Source: Octopus sinensis (Eukaryota). Taken from it: 64,000 bases of DNA. The stretch spans positions 21,700,001 through 21,764,000 of the forward strand of contig NC_043020.1 of NCBI RefSeq assembly GCF_006345805.1, written 5' to 3'. This document shows, one piece after another, positions 11,061-22,376 of this stretch. The notes below the pieces were generated by a model. It ran no database searches. It was not told the origin of the DNA and saw only the letters and a list, made by a program, of their open reading frames with translations. The position numbers and the translations under genes are program-made. Each line of letters begins with the position of its first letter. Positions within the stretch are counted from its first letter, which is position 1.

Positions 11061-14000
11061 TTTGCATGGAATCAAGTACCCTGACCTCCTTACCCTAATA
11101 TGCTGCAAATCCCTTATTTTGGTTCGGAAAAGGGGGTGGCAAATTGGAATTTTTTTTTCGTTGAATGAATTCCTTTGACATACTAAGATTACCCGTTCTA
11201 ATATGCTAGAAAACCCTTTATGCTGTTCAAAAAATGGAGTGGGGTGAGGTGGAAGCCTCGGAAGTCTCACTCACTCCCAACATTTTACAGAAATAAAATT
11301 TCCAGCATGTGAATTACATGGTTCGTTATTAAATATATTGATACGAGGTCAGTTGAGAAAAAAAGTGCTATGACCCACTTTTGTTGGCTTGTAGTTGGAG
11401 AGTCTGGAAAAAAAGTTATTGCGCTTTGTTCTATCATTTTTTGGAGAAATTAATGGGTTTAGAAGAGACCTCTGACCCTTTTCCGGTCAAGCAGAGTTTA
11501 AGAAACCACCCTTTAAAATGCGACGAGCTGGGTTTGTTGATCAGTTGGCGAGAGAGAGAGTTGGCCGGGGTTAGTTAGTTCTGCCTGAGACAGCAAAAGG
11601 GCCGGAAAAGAGTCAGTTGGCAAAAGACAGCAGTGATATGGACGGTCAGCCAAGAAGGTGGCGATGGCGAGAGGCAACGACAACGTTGAGAAAGACAGAC
11701 AGTGAATGTGAGAGATGACAAGTGAGAGGATGACAAACGTGGCGAGAAAGACAGGCAGATAGCATTGGGGACATGTAGAGCGAAAGAGAGGGATTACGGC
11801 GAAAAGGCACGGCTATTGTAGTAGGAGCTTGTAACGGTTTGTTTTGTTTATGTTTTGATGTGAAATGTAAAAGAAACGAGATTGTGACGTAAATTGTAAT
11901 CTGTTGTAAAGAACTAAAAAAAAACTGAATTGAGGAAAAAGAAGGAAAAAGAATTGTTGAACTAAAAAGGAATTGTGTCAAAAAAAAAAGAACATTGTGA
12001 ATTGTGTTGAAGAGAAAAAGAAAGAAAGAGAAAGACTTTAATGTTGAACTGTTTCGAACTGTATTGCGCTGAACATTTGTTTTGATTGCTTCGGACGTTC
12101 TGTATCGTGCATGCCTTTGTTGCTTTTCTTTTTAATTCTGTTGCATGTTATTTTCTTTAATGTATCTGCTATGTATCACATTTTATTTGATGTCGTAATA
12201 GTCGTATAAACTGTTCTTAAATGTAAGTTATTGCCTTCCGCCGTGTCTCTCTTCCTCTTGTTGTTGTTGTTGTTATCTCCGGTTGCCGGTTCGAGTTCGC
12301 TGCCATTCCCCACCACTGTTTTTCTCTCTGTGGCGGATTCTCTTCGACTGGGCCTGGTCAATCGTCGTCCAAGTTTGAGCAACGGCAGGTTCATAACAAT
12401 ATATATACATATATATAATAGCGTGTATGTAGACAGGTAAAAATTCAGACAAACTGCTACTTACCTCTTGCTGTTAAAAAAATGGATTAATTCTCAGTAA
12501 AACATACTTTTATGCTAGACCAACGTTTTACGAAAAAACAAAAACAAAAATCTTTCGTGCACAAACTAATTTTTGTGTATGGTGGGGGGGGAGAGAATTT
12601 TGTTTCTCTAGAGAAGCGATTTAATATGAACATATCTTTGCTTGAGGGAGAGAGGAAGAGAGAGAGAAAATAAAATTTGCATATCTACTGGTAAACTTTT
12701 ACAAACTTAAATATTTTTCAATGTACGAGGAAAAATACAGAGATTAAGAATATGGAATTTTTTTTTTAATCTCAAATTTTCTATGGAAAACTCCAAACTG
12801 ACTGAAACTGTAAATGTCAATATCCTAAAAATAACAGCCAAATGCCTGGAGAACATTTGTGACTGTGTGCTTGCACAACAATTTCAATGACATACGAATA
12901 AACAGAAAGTACAGAAATATATGTTCTACATATCTGTTATATATGTCTGCTTTCGTTTTCGCATATATGAAGTTTCTGAGGATGGCAGAAAAGCTATTTG
13001 ATGCACCCAATAAAAGATTTGGGGGATGGGCTAATTTGCATTTTTCTGAAAAAGTTTATTCTGACATATAAAACCTAGGAATCCAAATAAACTTTTTCAG
13101 AAAAATGCATTTCTGAAGGGGAGGTGTGAATTTGCACTTTTTTCTACCCACTTTCAAGAATTCTTAATGCTTTGGCTTCATTTTTGTTTCATTTTATCTT
13201 CAATTATTTTTACTCTGTTTTTAACCCTTCTGTCATTATTCTCATTCTTTCTTTCTCTCTCTCTCTCTCCTCTCTCTCTCTTTCTTTCTATATATATATA
13301 TATATAAATTTAAAATTAAGGATAAAATCTTTATAACAAATTATCGGTAGTTAGCGTGAAAAACCTCGTAAGAGAAAAAATACGTAAATTTTTCCACTTT
13401 GAAAATATTTATTTATATTATATAGAGGGTACTATTATTCATAGATACGCACGCAAGGAGGGACCCTTGCGGTCAAAACTACTAAAATAAACAAATTGTA
13501 CCGAATGCAAAACTTCAAAGCAAGTCATTTAAAAACAGAATTTAGTTACATATCACCTGTGATTTCGCAATTAATGCAGAATATGCATTCTATGCTTATT
13601 AGTGCAACAAACTCAAGACATATAAGAAAAAACACAGCATTACAAACCCGACAGCCAACCGTAGAATTCGTCGCAGCATGTATGAATGTTTATCTTTACA
13701 TATCTATGAAAATGGTGGGCTTATTTGCAATGCATTTCGGTAACAAATTGCTTACTCGGAGCAAAAATTCAGTATTGAACTATTCCGGTGAAAAATATAA
13801 ATTTAAAATTAAGGATAAAATCTTTATAAGAAATTATCATCATGGATACATACACCCATATACACGCGCACATATACGCGCGCATACACAGCTCCAAGCC
13901 TATGTGTGTTTATGTACATGTTTACACGTGAGTGCATGTGTATGCTTATAGGGGCTTGGAGCCGTGTATGCGCGCGTATATGTGCGCGTGTATATGGGTG

Positions 14001-14365
14001 TATGTATCCATGATGGTATGTATGTACGAGATGACCATTAATTCAAAGAACTAGATTAAACGCTCAACAGCTCTGATTTACAACGCACTAGGTCCCCAGA
14101 CAACTTCTACAACTAACTTTATCAATCTCCTGACCACCATGTTGGTCCGTAACCTCTATACATCCCTTATCTTTATATTTTTTTATATTTTTACAGTTTA
14201 TCATGTTTATTCCTATGTTTTTTTTACTTTTTACTTTTATTTCTATTTCATCTTTACTTAATAACCTTATGCTTTACATTCATTTATATTCTTTATATTC
14301 TTTATATTCTTTATACCCCCTTTACATCTCCTTATATCCCTTTATATCTTTATACTCTACTATTT

Positions 14366-14465
14366 NNNNNNNNNNNNNNNNNNNNNNNNNNNNNNNNNNN
14401 NNNNNNNNNNNNNNNNNNNNNNNNNNNNNNNNNNNNNNNNNNNNNNNNNNNNNNNNNNNNNNNNN
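14366..14465. other. Assembly gap (100 N)
   Basis: Run of exactly 100 N, a placeholder length. Confidence 0.99.
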
Positions 14466-15540
14466 CTACCTCCTTTATGAATAGGGCATATTTTACCTTC
14501 CTTCAGTTTTCTTGGAAGTTTGCCAGCTGCAAGGAAACTCTGAAAGAGAGACTGCAGTGGTCTTGCTAGGACTCTCTTACTTTTAGAAGGATTGCCGGGA
14601 ATCCATCGGGGCCAGTAGCTGAGTCTGTTTTCATTTCATCTATAGCCTTTATTACATCGTCTTCCTTTATATCGATGTAATTTATCGTCGCTGCCTCTGA
14701 TTTTATATCTGCAGTGGTAAAGAAGTCAGTTGGATTGGTGATTTGGAAATGCCCAAGGGGTGGAGGAAAACACTCTTGAATTGCTCATTCAGTATTTCAC
14801 TTACCCTCATTGGTTTTCCTGTGAGTGTGCCATCCTTGTAAAGGAGTGGCCCTATCCTACAGTGCACTGTAGCTGTTTCTTTGGCATACCTGTAGAAAGC
14901 TCGGGGGTTAGATTTTATGTTGTCTATAGCCCAGGCTTCTTTGTCTGCTCTGTCCTTTTCATGGGAGAGTTGCAGACATTTTTCAATTTCGAACAGTTTT
15001 ATTTTCAGGCGGGACTTTTCACTGCTTTCAATATGTTTGTTTAGGCGCGATTGAAATTTTTGTACGCCGTCTCATTAAAATTTTCCTCTCTCTGGGGATT
15101 TTGTTCTTGTGTACAGTGGCCTTTCTCTCTGGGACACATTTGTAGCATATGGCTTGCATTACAGACATGAATTGTTGAAGTTTCACATCGATGTCTGGCG
15201 AGGAGAGACATTCAGGCCAGTTTTGTTAAAGGATCTCTTTCTCAATTTGTTTCCAGTTTGCCTTATGGAAGTTCAAGCTGGAAAGATTCTGAGGGTTTCT
15301 TGTAGGCTGCATGTCCATGCTTTCCTTTGGCCCGTACATGGTCAGCTCTACCATGTTGTGATCCGAGAGTAGTGTCGGTGTCACTTTCACTTATGGGATA
15401 AGATCCATATTATTTGTGAAGCAGGGATCCAGTGTGTTACCTGCCCTGGTTGGTTGGAGTATTACTTGCTCCATGTACAGGGTGTTGATGAGGTTCAGGG
15501 GACCTCGCCTGTCCTCGTTCACATCTTGTCATTCCTGGGA
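14466..15540 (-). mobile_element. CR1-type LINE ORF2 fragment (endonuclease C-terminus to RT N-terminus), cut by the gap
   Basis: Minus strand reads MEQVILQPTRAGNTLDPCFTNN, LLSDHNMVEL, LNFHKANW, KSNPRAFYRYAKE, GPLLYKDGTLT, EILNEQFKSVF, SATGPDGFPAILLK and ICPIHKG, with a few stops. Confidence 0.8.
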
Positions 15541-15544
15541 GAGA

Positions 15545-15560
15545 AATATATATTATATTA

Positions 15561-15601
<41 letters not shown>

Positions 15602-15636
15602 TACTATATTATATTATATATATATAATATATATAT

Positions 15637-15670
<34 letters not shown>

Positions 15671-15900
15671 ATATATATATTATTATAGATATAATATATA
15701 TATAATATATATATATAATATATATATAATATATATATATATATTATATATATATATCTATATATATATATATATATATAATATATATATATAGTATATA
15801 TAATATATTATATATATATAACTATTATATATATTTATATATTATATTAATATAATATATATATTATATATATATTATATATATTATATATATATATAAT
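15545..15900. repeat. Degenerate (TA)n microsatellite
   Basis: About 350 bp of almost pure A/T alternation. Confidence 0.95.
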
Positions 15901-18081
15901 AGTCAACTGCTACAAAGGTAAAGGTGACGCCCTAGATACAAATAACTACAGGGGCATCAAGCTGTTGGATCAGGTAATGAAGGTTACGGAGAGGGTATAG
16001 CCCAGTTAATTAGAGAGAGGTTAGTTAGATGATATGCAGTTTGGGTTCGTGCCAGGGAAAAGTACTACTGATGCTATATTCCTGGTAAGACAGCTGCAGG
16101 AGAAATACCTAGCCAAAGGTAAGCCCTTGTACCTGGCTTTTGTTGACTTGGAGAAAGCCTTTGACAGGGCCCCCGATCCCTTATCTGGTGGTCAATGAGG
16201 AAACTAGGGATAGATGAATGGTTAGTGAGAGCTGTGCGAGCCATGTACAGAGATGCTGCTAGAAAGGTGAGGGTTGGCAACGAGTACAGTGAAGAATTCC
16301 GGGTAGAGGTTGGGGTCCACCAAGGTTCAGTCCTCAGCCCCCTCCTATTTATCATAGTCCTCCAGGCAATAACGGAAGAATTTAAGACAGGATGCCCCTG
16401 GGAGCTCCTCTATGCTGATGACCTTGCTCTAATTGCTGAGTCACTATCAGAACTGGAGGAGAAGTTTCAGGTGTGGAAACAAGGATTAGAATCGAAGGGC
16501 CTTAGAATCAACCTAGCCAAAACCAAAGTCCTAATAAGTAGGAAGGTTGACCACCACAAACTACTTCAGGTAGATGGCCCTGCTCGATCTGTAAAAAAGG
16601 TGTAGGTAGAAACTCTATAAGGTGCACCAAGTGTAAGCTATGGACACATAAGAGGTGCAGCAATGTCAAGGTAGGCTAACTGGGAAGATAGTTTTCGTAT
16701 GTGGCAGATGCTCAGGAGAAATAAACACTGGAAATGTGCAGAGACCAACTGCCTACCACGTTCCAGGGAGACAAACTAGAAGTAGTTGATAGCTTCCGCT
16801 ACCTAGGAGACCAAGTCAGTAGCGGGGGTGGGTGTGCTGAAAGTGTGACTGCTAGAGTAAGATAGCCTGGGCAAAGTTTAGAGAGCTCTTACCCCTGCTG
16901 GTGACAAAAGGCCTCTCGCTCAGAGTAAAAGGCAGACTTTATGATGCATGTGTACGTACAGCCATGCTACATGGTAGTGAAACATGGGCCGTGACTGCTG
17001 AGGATATGCGTAAGCTCGCAGAAATGAAAGCCAGTATGCTCCGATGGATGTGTAATGTCAGTGTTCATAATCGTCAGAGTGTAAGTACCTTGAGAGAAAA
17101 GTTGAACCTAAGAAGCGTCAGTTGTGGTGTGCAAGAGAGACGGCTGCGCTGGTATGGTCATATGACGAGAATGGCTGAAGATAGTTGTGTGCAAAAGTGC
17201 TAACCCTAGCAGTTGAGGGAACCTGTGGAAGAGGTAGACCCAGGAAAACCTGGGACGAAGTGGTGAAGCACGACCTACGAACTTTGGGTCTCACCAAGGA
17301 AATGACTAGAGACCGAGACCTATGGAAGTATGCTGTGCGTGAGAAGACCCGGCAAGACTAGTCAGGCCATAACCCGTGGCCCCTACCTGGGACGTAGTCA
17401 GTCCACCTGTGCATACCTTCCTTCTTGTGACACTTGTGTAGACCTGTTGAGGCAAGTGAAAATCAAACAAAATCAAAATAGATGAACATCAATGGAATTT
17501 GTATCTTTGTGGGCCTATCAGTGGCAGTGGCCCAGAAAAACCATCAACGTGGCCGTAGCCAGTACGCACAACTGGCCTCCATGCTGTGGGCACGTAACAA
17601 TCACCATCCAATCGTGGCCGAGCCAGCCTAATCTGGCTCCTGTGTCGGTGGCACATAAATAAAAAAAAAAACACCATCCGAGCGTGGTCGTCTGCTAGCC
17701 TTGTGTGGCACCTGTGTCGGTGGCACATAAAGACACCATCCAAGCGTGGCCGTTCGCCAGCCTCGTCTGGCACCTGTGTCGGTGGCACATAAAAACACCA
17801 TCCGAGCGTGACCGTTCACCAGCTTCGTCTGGCACCTGTGTCGGTGGCACATAAAAACACCATCCGAGCATGGCCGTTAGCCAGCCTCGTCTGGCACCTG
17901 TGTCGGTGGCACATAAAATCACCCACTACACTCTCGGAGTGGTTGGCGTTAGGAAGGGCATCCAGCTGAGAAACACTGCCAGATCTGACTGGCTGGTGCA
18001 GCCTTCGGGCTCCCCAGACCCCAGTTGAACCGTCCAACCCATGCTAGCATGGAAAGCGGACGTTAATGATGATGATGATGA
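15901..18081 (+). mobile_element. 5'-truncated, young RTE family A copy
   Basis: Starts in RT (VNCYKGKG), retains LLYADD and the Cys/His finger (16581-16711), has a 62-bp 3' UTR array and ends in (GAT)5. CpGs are retained. Confidence 0.95.
17540..17925 (+). repeat. 62-bp tandem array in the RTE 3' UTR
   Basis: ggcacctgtgtcggtggcacataaa starts at 17707, 17769, 17831 and 17893 (period 62); two or three more diverged units lie upstream. Confidence 0.92.
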
Positions 18082-18131
<50 letters not shown>

Positions 18132-18154
18132 ATATATATAATATATTATATATA

Positions 18155-18198
<44 letters not shown>

Positions 18199-18295
18199 AT
18201 ATATATATTATTATATAATTATTATATATATTATATATATATATTATATATATTATATATATATATATATTATTATATATATATATATTATATAT
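18082..18295. repeat. Degenerate (TA)n microsatellite
   Basis: Directly follows the RTE (GAT)n tail. Confidence 0.95.
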
Positions 18296-18759
18296 CGATA
18301 TTAATTTAATAATACCATTAATTTAACACCGAGTGGCTTAGCACAAAAACTACGGAGAAAATACAAATTTAATGGTATTATTAAATTAATATCGATTTTT
18401 CACCCTCATTTATAAAATTATAAATTTAACTACACGGCAGTAAATATTTTATTTGATGCGGAATTTGAGACATAACTAAAAATGTAATTCGTTGGACCGC
18501 TCGTGTTTTTGACGCTCGAATCGATCCAATTAATTGCATTTGAGACAAACTCTGCCGAAGATTTATAGATGTATGTGTAAGTAAAACTACATATTACATT
18601 AGTAATGAAACAATTGTACAGGGTCAATCTATTTTATTCGTTGTATTTCACTTTCCTTCCGTTAAATGTATGTTGATCCTAGTTGGAAACAGATCTGTGG
18701 TTGCTTCAGAGCTATTTTTAGCACTAGAGTTATCCACATAGTGGTTAACTCTCTAATAA

Positions 18760-19091
18760 TTTATGTATATATTATATATATATTATATATACATATATAA
18801 TATATTATATATACATATTATATATTATATAATATTATATATTATATATATAATTATATATATATATTATATGGCTCAGTGGTTAGAGCGTTATATATTT
18901 ATAATATTATATATATATATTATTCTCTCTTTACTCTTTTACATGTTTCAGTCATTTGACTGCGGCCATGCTGGAGCACCATATATATTATATATATATT
19001 ATATATATATTATATATATATATATATTATATATATATTTATATATATATATATATATTATATATATATATATAATATATATATATATTAT

Positions 19092-19123
<32 letters not shown>

Positions 19124-19126
19124 TAT
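18760..19126. repeat. Degenerate (TA)n microsatellite with embedded SINE scraps
   Basis: TA tract containing atggctcagtggttagagcg (18871) and tgtttcagtcatttgactgcggccatgctggagcacc (~18944-18980). Confidence 0.85.
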
Positions 19127-19458
19127 ATGGTTAGAGCGTCGAGCTTACGATCGTGAGGTTGTGAGCTCGAATCCCGGACCGGGCTGCGTGTTGTGTTCTT
19201 GAGCAAAGCACTTTATTTCACGTTGCTCCAGTTCACTCAGCTGTAGAAATGAGTTGCGACGTCATAGGTGCCAAGCTGTATCGACCTTTGTCTTTCCCTT
19301 GGATAACACTGGTGGCGTGGAGAGGGGAGGCTGGTATGCATGGGCGACTGCTTGTCTTCCATAAACAACCTTGCCCAGACTTCTGTCTAGGAGGGTAACT
19401 TTCTAGGTGCAATCCCATGGTCATTCATGACCGAAGGGGGTCTTTACCCTTTACCCTT
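19127..19458 (+). mobile_element. tRNA-derived SINE
   Basis: A-box-like tggttagagcg, B-box-like gagctcgaatccc, central cttgagcaaagcactttatttcacgttgctccagttcactcagctg, and a (TTTACCC) repeat tail. Confidence 0.85.
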
Positions 19459-19489
19459 ATATTATATATGTATATATATTATATATATA

Positions 19490-19753
19490 CAGATTTACCG
19501 TTTGGTGAATGTAACCGAGTATGTGGTGATTACAATAGCTTGCCAAATTGTTAGTTATAACAGCAGTTCCTGGAAGAATGTTGTGGCTAATAACATTCCG
19601 TTTCTGTACACCTATCGGGTACAAGTTGAAGAAATCCTTTTCTTGTTGTGGTGTCATAGCATCCGACACCCCAAGTTTTGCGACATATTCTTTCTACATT
19701 GTTCTTGCTATTGAAGAACAAGCTGTCATCGATCTCCACTATATGAACCGAAC
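19490..19753 (-). mobile_element. Merlin (IS1595/ISXO2-like) DDE transposase fragment
   Basis: Minus strand reads IVEIDDSLF..KNNVER..TWGVGCYDTTTRKGFLQLVPDR, then HNILPGTAVITNNLASY..HILGYIHQTVN, matching VEIDES...WV.G...VPDR...ILPGT.I.TD.W.SY..L..GY.H.TVN. Confidence 0.75.
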
Positions 19754-20525
19754 TACGAGGGACGTTCAATAAGTAATGCCTCTGACCCACTTGCAGTTGT
19801 TTGATCTAGCTGAAATTTTGCATGTGCAATCATTTATATTTCTATAGAGTAAGGGGCAAATTACAGCTCTGAATTAATTGTGGTTTCTGATTTACAGGTG
19901 TTTGAACCGAGTCAAGTGTGAAATGGAGCCTGTTGAGTGTCGAGCAGTGATCCGGTTTTTGTATTTGAAAGGACGCACACCACGGGAGACTTTTGATGAA
20001 ATGAAAGTAACTTATGGTGATGATGCCCCATCATATGACCTTGTAAAACGCTGGCATCGTGAATTCAAACATGGTCGGAACTCTGTGGAAACAGCTCCCA
20101 GATCTGGTCGCCCACTTCTGCCATTGATGAAGCATCTGCCCGTCAAGTTGAGGCTGCCATTTTGGAAGATTGACGCATAATTATTCGCCAAATAGCCCAT
20201 GAGGTCAAGATTAGTACCGGGTCTGTGGAAACTATCATTCATGTCCATTTGCATATGCAAAAGGTGTCTGCCAGATGGATTCCCAGGTTGCTCACGCCTT
20301 TCCAGAAGCAAGAACGCGTCGAGTGCTCAAGGGTGAATTTGGAGATGTGCCAAGAAGATGAGTCAAAATTTTTCAAAAGACAGATTACACAGGATGAAAC
20401 CTGGGTCCATCACGATGATCCAGAGACCAAAGCCCAGTCAATGCAGTGGAAGCACCGTGACTCACCCCCTCCAAAGAAGGCAAGGGTGCAGCCCTCCGCT
20501 GGCAAGGTCATGCTCACAGTCTTCT
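19754..20525 (+). mobile_element. Mariner transposon (irritans-like), 3'-truncated and frameshifted
   Basis: TA + CGAGGGACGTTCAATAAGT TIR. ATG at 19923 reads MEPVECRAVIRFLYLKG...APRSGRP, followed by VSARWIPRLL, ITQDETWVHH and GKVMLTVF. Confidence 0.9.
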
Positions 20526-21940
20526 GTGCGAAACCGGGACCACGACAATAGACAAGTACCCGAAAGATCGCCAAAAACATTTTACAAAAATTTTCAGAAT
20601 CATAATCTCCATATTTTTCTGCATATTAAAAAAAAAAATTCTGAAAATAGTGAAAAATGAAGGAAAGAGAGGGGGGGGTTTTAAATTAGAAATGTCGATT
20701 TTTGCCAATTTTTTTGCAGATTCGTATTTTCCGTACCCGAAAAGGCCCCTTGGAAAAGATTTTCCCCACAAATTTCTTTATAATCGTTTGAAAGGTATTT
20801 CTATAAAATTTCATTGAAAAAACTCTATTTTCGTAAAAGCTACGAAAGAAAAGCTCGGATCTTGTGCATTTTCCAAAGTCCTTTCCCCACCCTCCTCCCG
20901 TTGCTTTGCGTCCTTTTTGTTTTTTCATATCGTTTCCTACACATTGTTTTATACACATTCCAGTATATTTTTTGGATTTTCATTTCCGGGTAAACATTAA
21001 CCAAATTTTTATTCTGAAAATTTTCTGAGCTTGAAGCTTGAATTCCGAGATTTCTCGTTTATCATATGGATATTTTGAAGATTTGTATATTTTGTAGACT
21101 AAATCAAACTTTCACTTTCCGGTCTTGCAAAAAAAAAAAAAATCAAACAATAATAAAAATAAAGGAAAGAAATCCTGTTTTCATCCTGAAAAAGAAATAC
21201 AGTGTAAATACCTTCATTGAGCCTTGAAAACGAAGAAGTACCGAAATACTAAGAGTAAAGAAAATTATTACGAATTTGGAGAAGACGCTTCAAATTTCAC
21301 TGACCACTTGATGCTGTAACGAAGAGAGTATCCTCGGTAACTTTGGCCGGAAGACTTAGCTTTATGTCGTCCATTATTCTCACTGGCAGACGATAACTTT
21401 TTAAACGATGAACGGAAGTTTTCATTCGTTTTATATATAAATGTCTAATTTCTTATGAAACGAAAATTTATCGTATTAAAAATATGGGGGCGATCTTACG
21501 ATACTAGTCACACGACATATAAACCACTTGTGTTTATTTACATTTGTGAAGATGATCGTCGGTTTCCGTAAAATTTTTTTTTTTTTACATTTAGGTTCGG
21601 GAGAAAGGGGATCTTTTGAAGTCAGCGTGAAGGCGAAAGAGACAGAGAAAACACGATTGTATGAGGGAAGTTCTTTTGAAGTTGGCGTGAATCAAGAATT
21701 GATGTGCGTGTGTGTACTGCTGTGTGTGTATATGAGAGAGAGATAAATGACATTTTTTAATTCACTTTTTGTAGTGTGTGAATGATTGACAGAGAAGCGG
21801 GATCTTTTCTGTTTGATAGACGGAATTTTCTAGTTAGCTAAAAAATTTGAAACTTCGTATACTGGTAGAATGTGTCAAAAGAAAACATTATTGAAAACAA
21901 AATTGTAATTCGTAACTTAAACGTAGTTTAATTTTTACGA

Positions 21941-22025
21941 ATTTTAACCAATGAAGTCCCAACATCTTCGAATTTTAACCAATGAAATCCCAACATCTTC
22001 GAATTTTAACCAATGAAATCCCAGC
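21941..22025 (+). repeat. 31-bp tandem repeat x~2.7
   Basis: attttaaccaatgaa(g/a)tcccaacatcttcga at 21941, 21972 and 22003. Confidence 0.85.
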
Positions 22026-22045
22026 ATTCCTGCGTTATCGATGAC

Positions 22046-22290
22046 GGCGGCGAGCTGGCAGAAACGTTAGCACGCCGGGCGAAATGCTTAGCGGTATTTC
22101 GTCTGTCGTTACGTTGTGAGTTCAAATCCCGCCGAGGTTGACTTTGCCTTTCATCCTTTCGGGGTCGATAAATTAAGTACCAGTTCCGCACTGGGGTCGA
22201 TGTAATCGACTTGATACCTATGTCTGTCCTTGTTTGTCCCCTCTATGTTTAGCCCCTTGTGGGTAATAAAGAAATAGATATTGATAAAGA
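22046..22290 (+). mobile_element. tRNA-derived SINE with a Meta-like central domain
   Basis: ggcggcgagctggcagaaacgttagc head, gagttcaaatccc B box, and gactttgcctttcatcctttcggggtcgataaattaagtaccag core. The domain name is from memory and was not checked. Confidence 0.8.
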
Positions 22291-22326
22291 AATATAGCAG
22301 ACGCACGACACACACACACACACACA

Positions 22327-22376
<50 letters not shown>

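Noticed and set aside
12825-13071. Possible transposase C-terminal fragment (RINRKYRNICSTYLLYMSAFVF)
   Set aside because: Resemblance too vague and no catalytic motif.
17540-17925. CRISPR array
   Set aside because: Eukaryotic context with no cas genes; the inter-repeat segments are homologous to one another, so this is a tandem repeat inside a retrotransposon.
18871-18980. tRNA gene (tggctcagtggttagagcg) and other A/B-box matches at 19127, 22046, 24596 and 39326
   Set aside because: SINE heads with no complete cloverleaf. The scraps inside the TA tract may also reflect local misassembly.
15416-19134. Ile/Tyr-rich ORFs (15416-15688, 18041-18304, 18763-19134; similarly 9184-9602 and 52242-52613)
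   Set aside because: Translations of TA/CA microsatellites.
20526-21130. MITE defined by tgcgaaaccggga / tttccggtcttgca ends
   Set aside because: The terminal match is too weak and there is no TSD; left unclassified.
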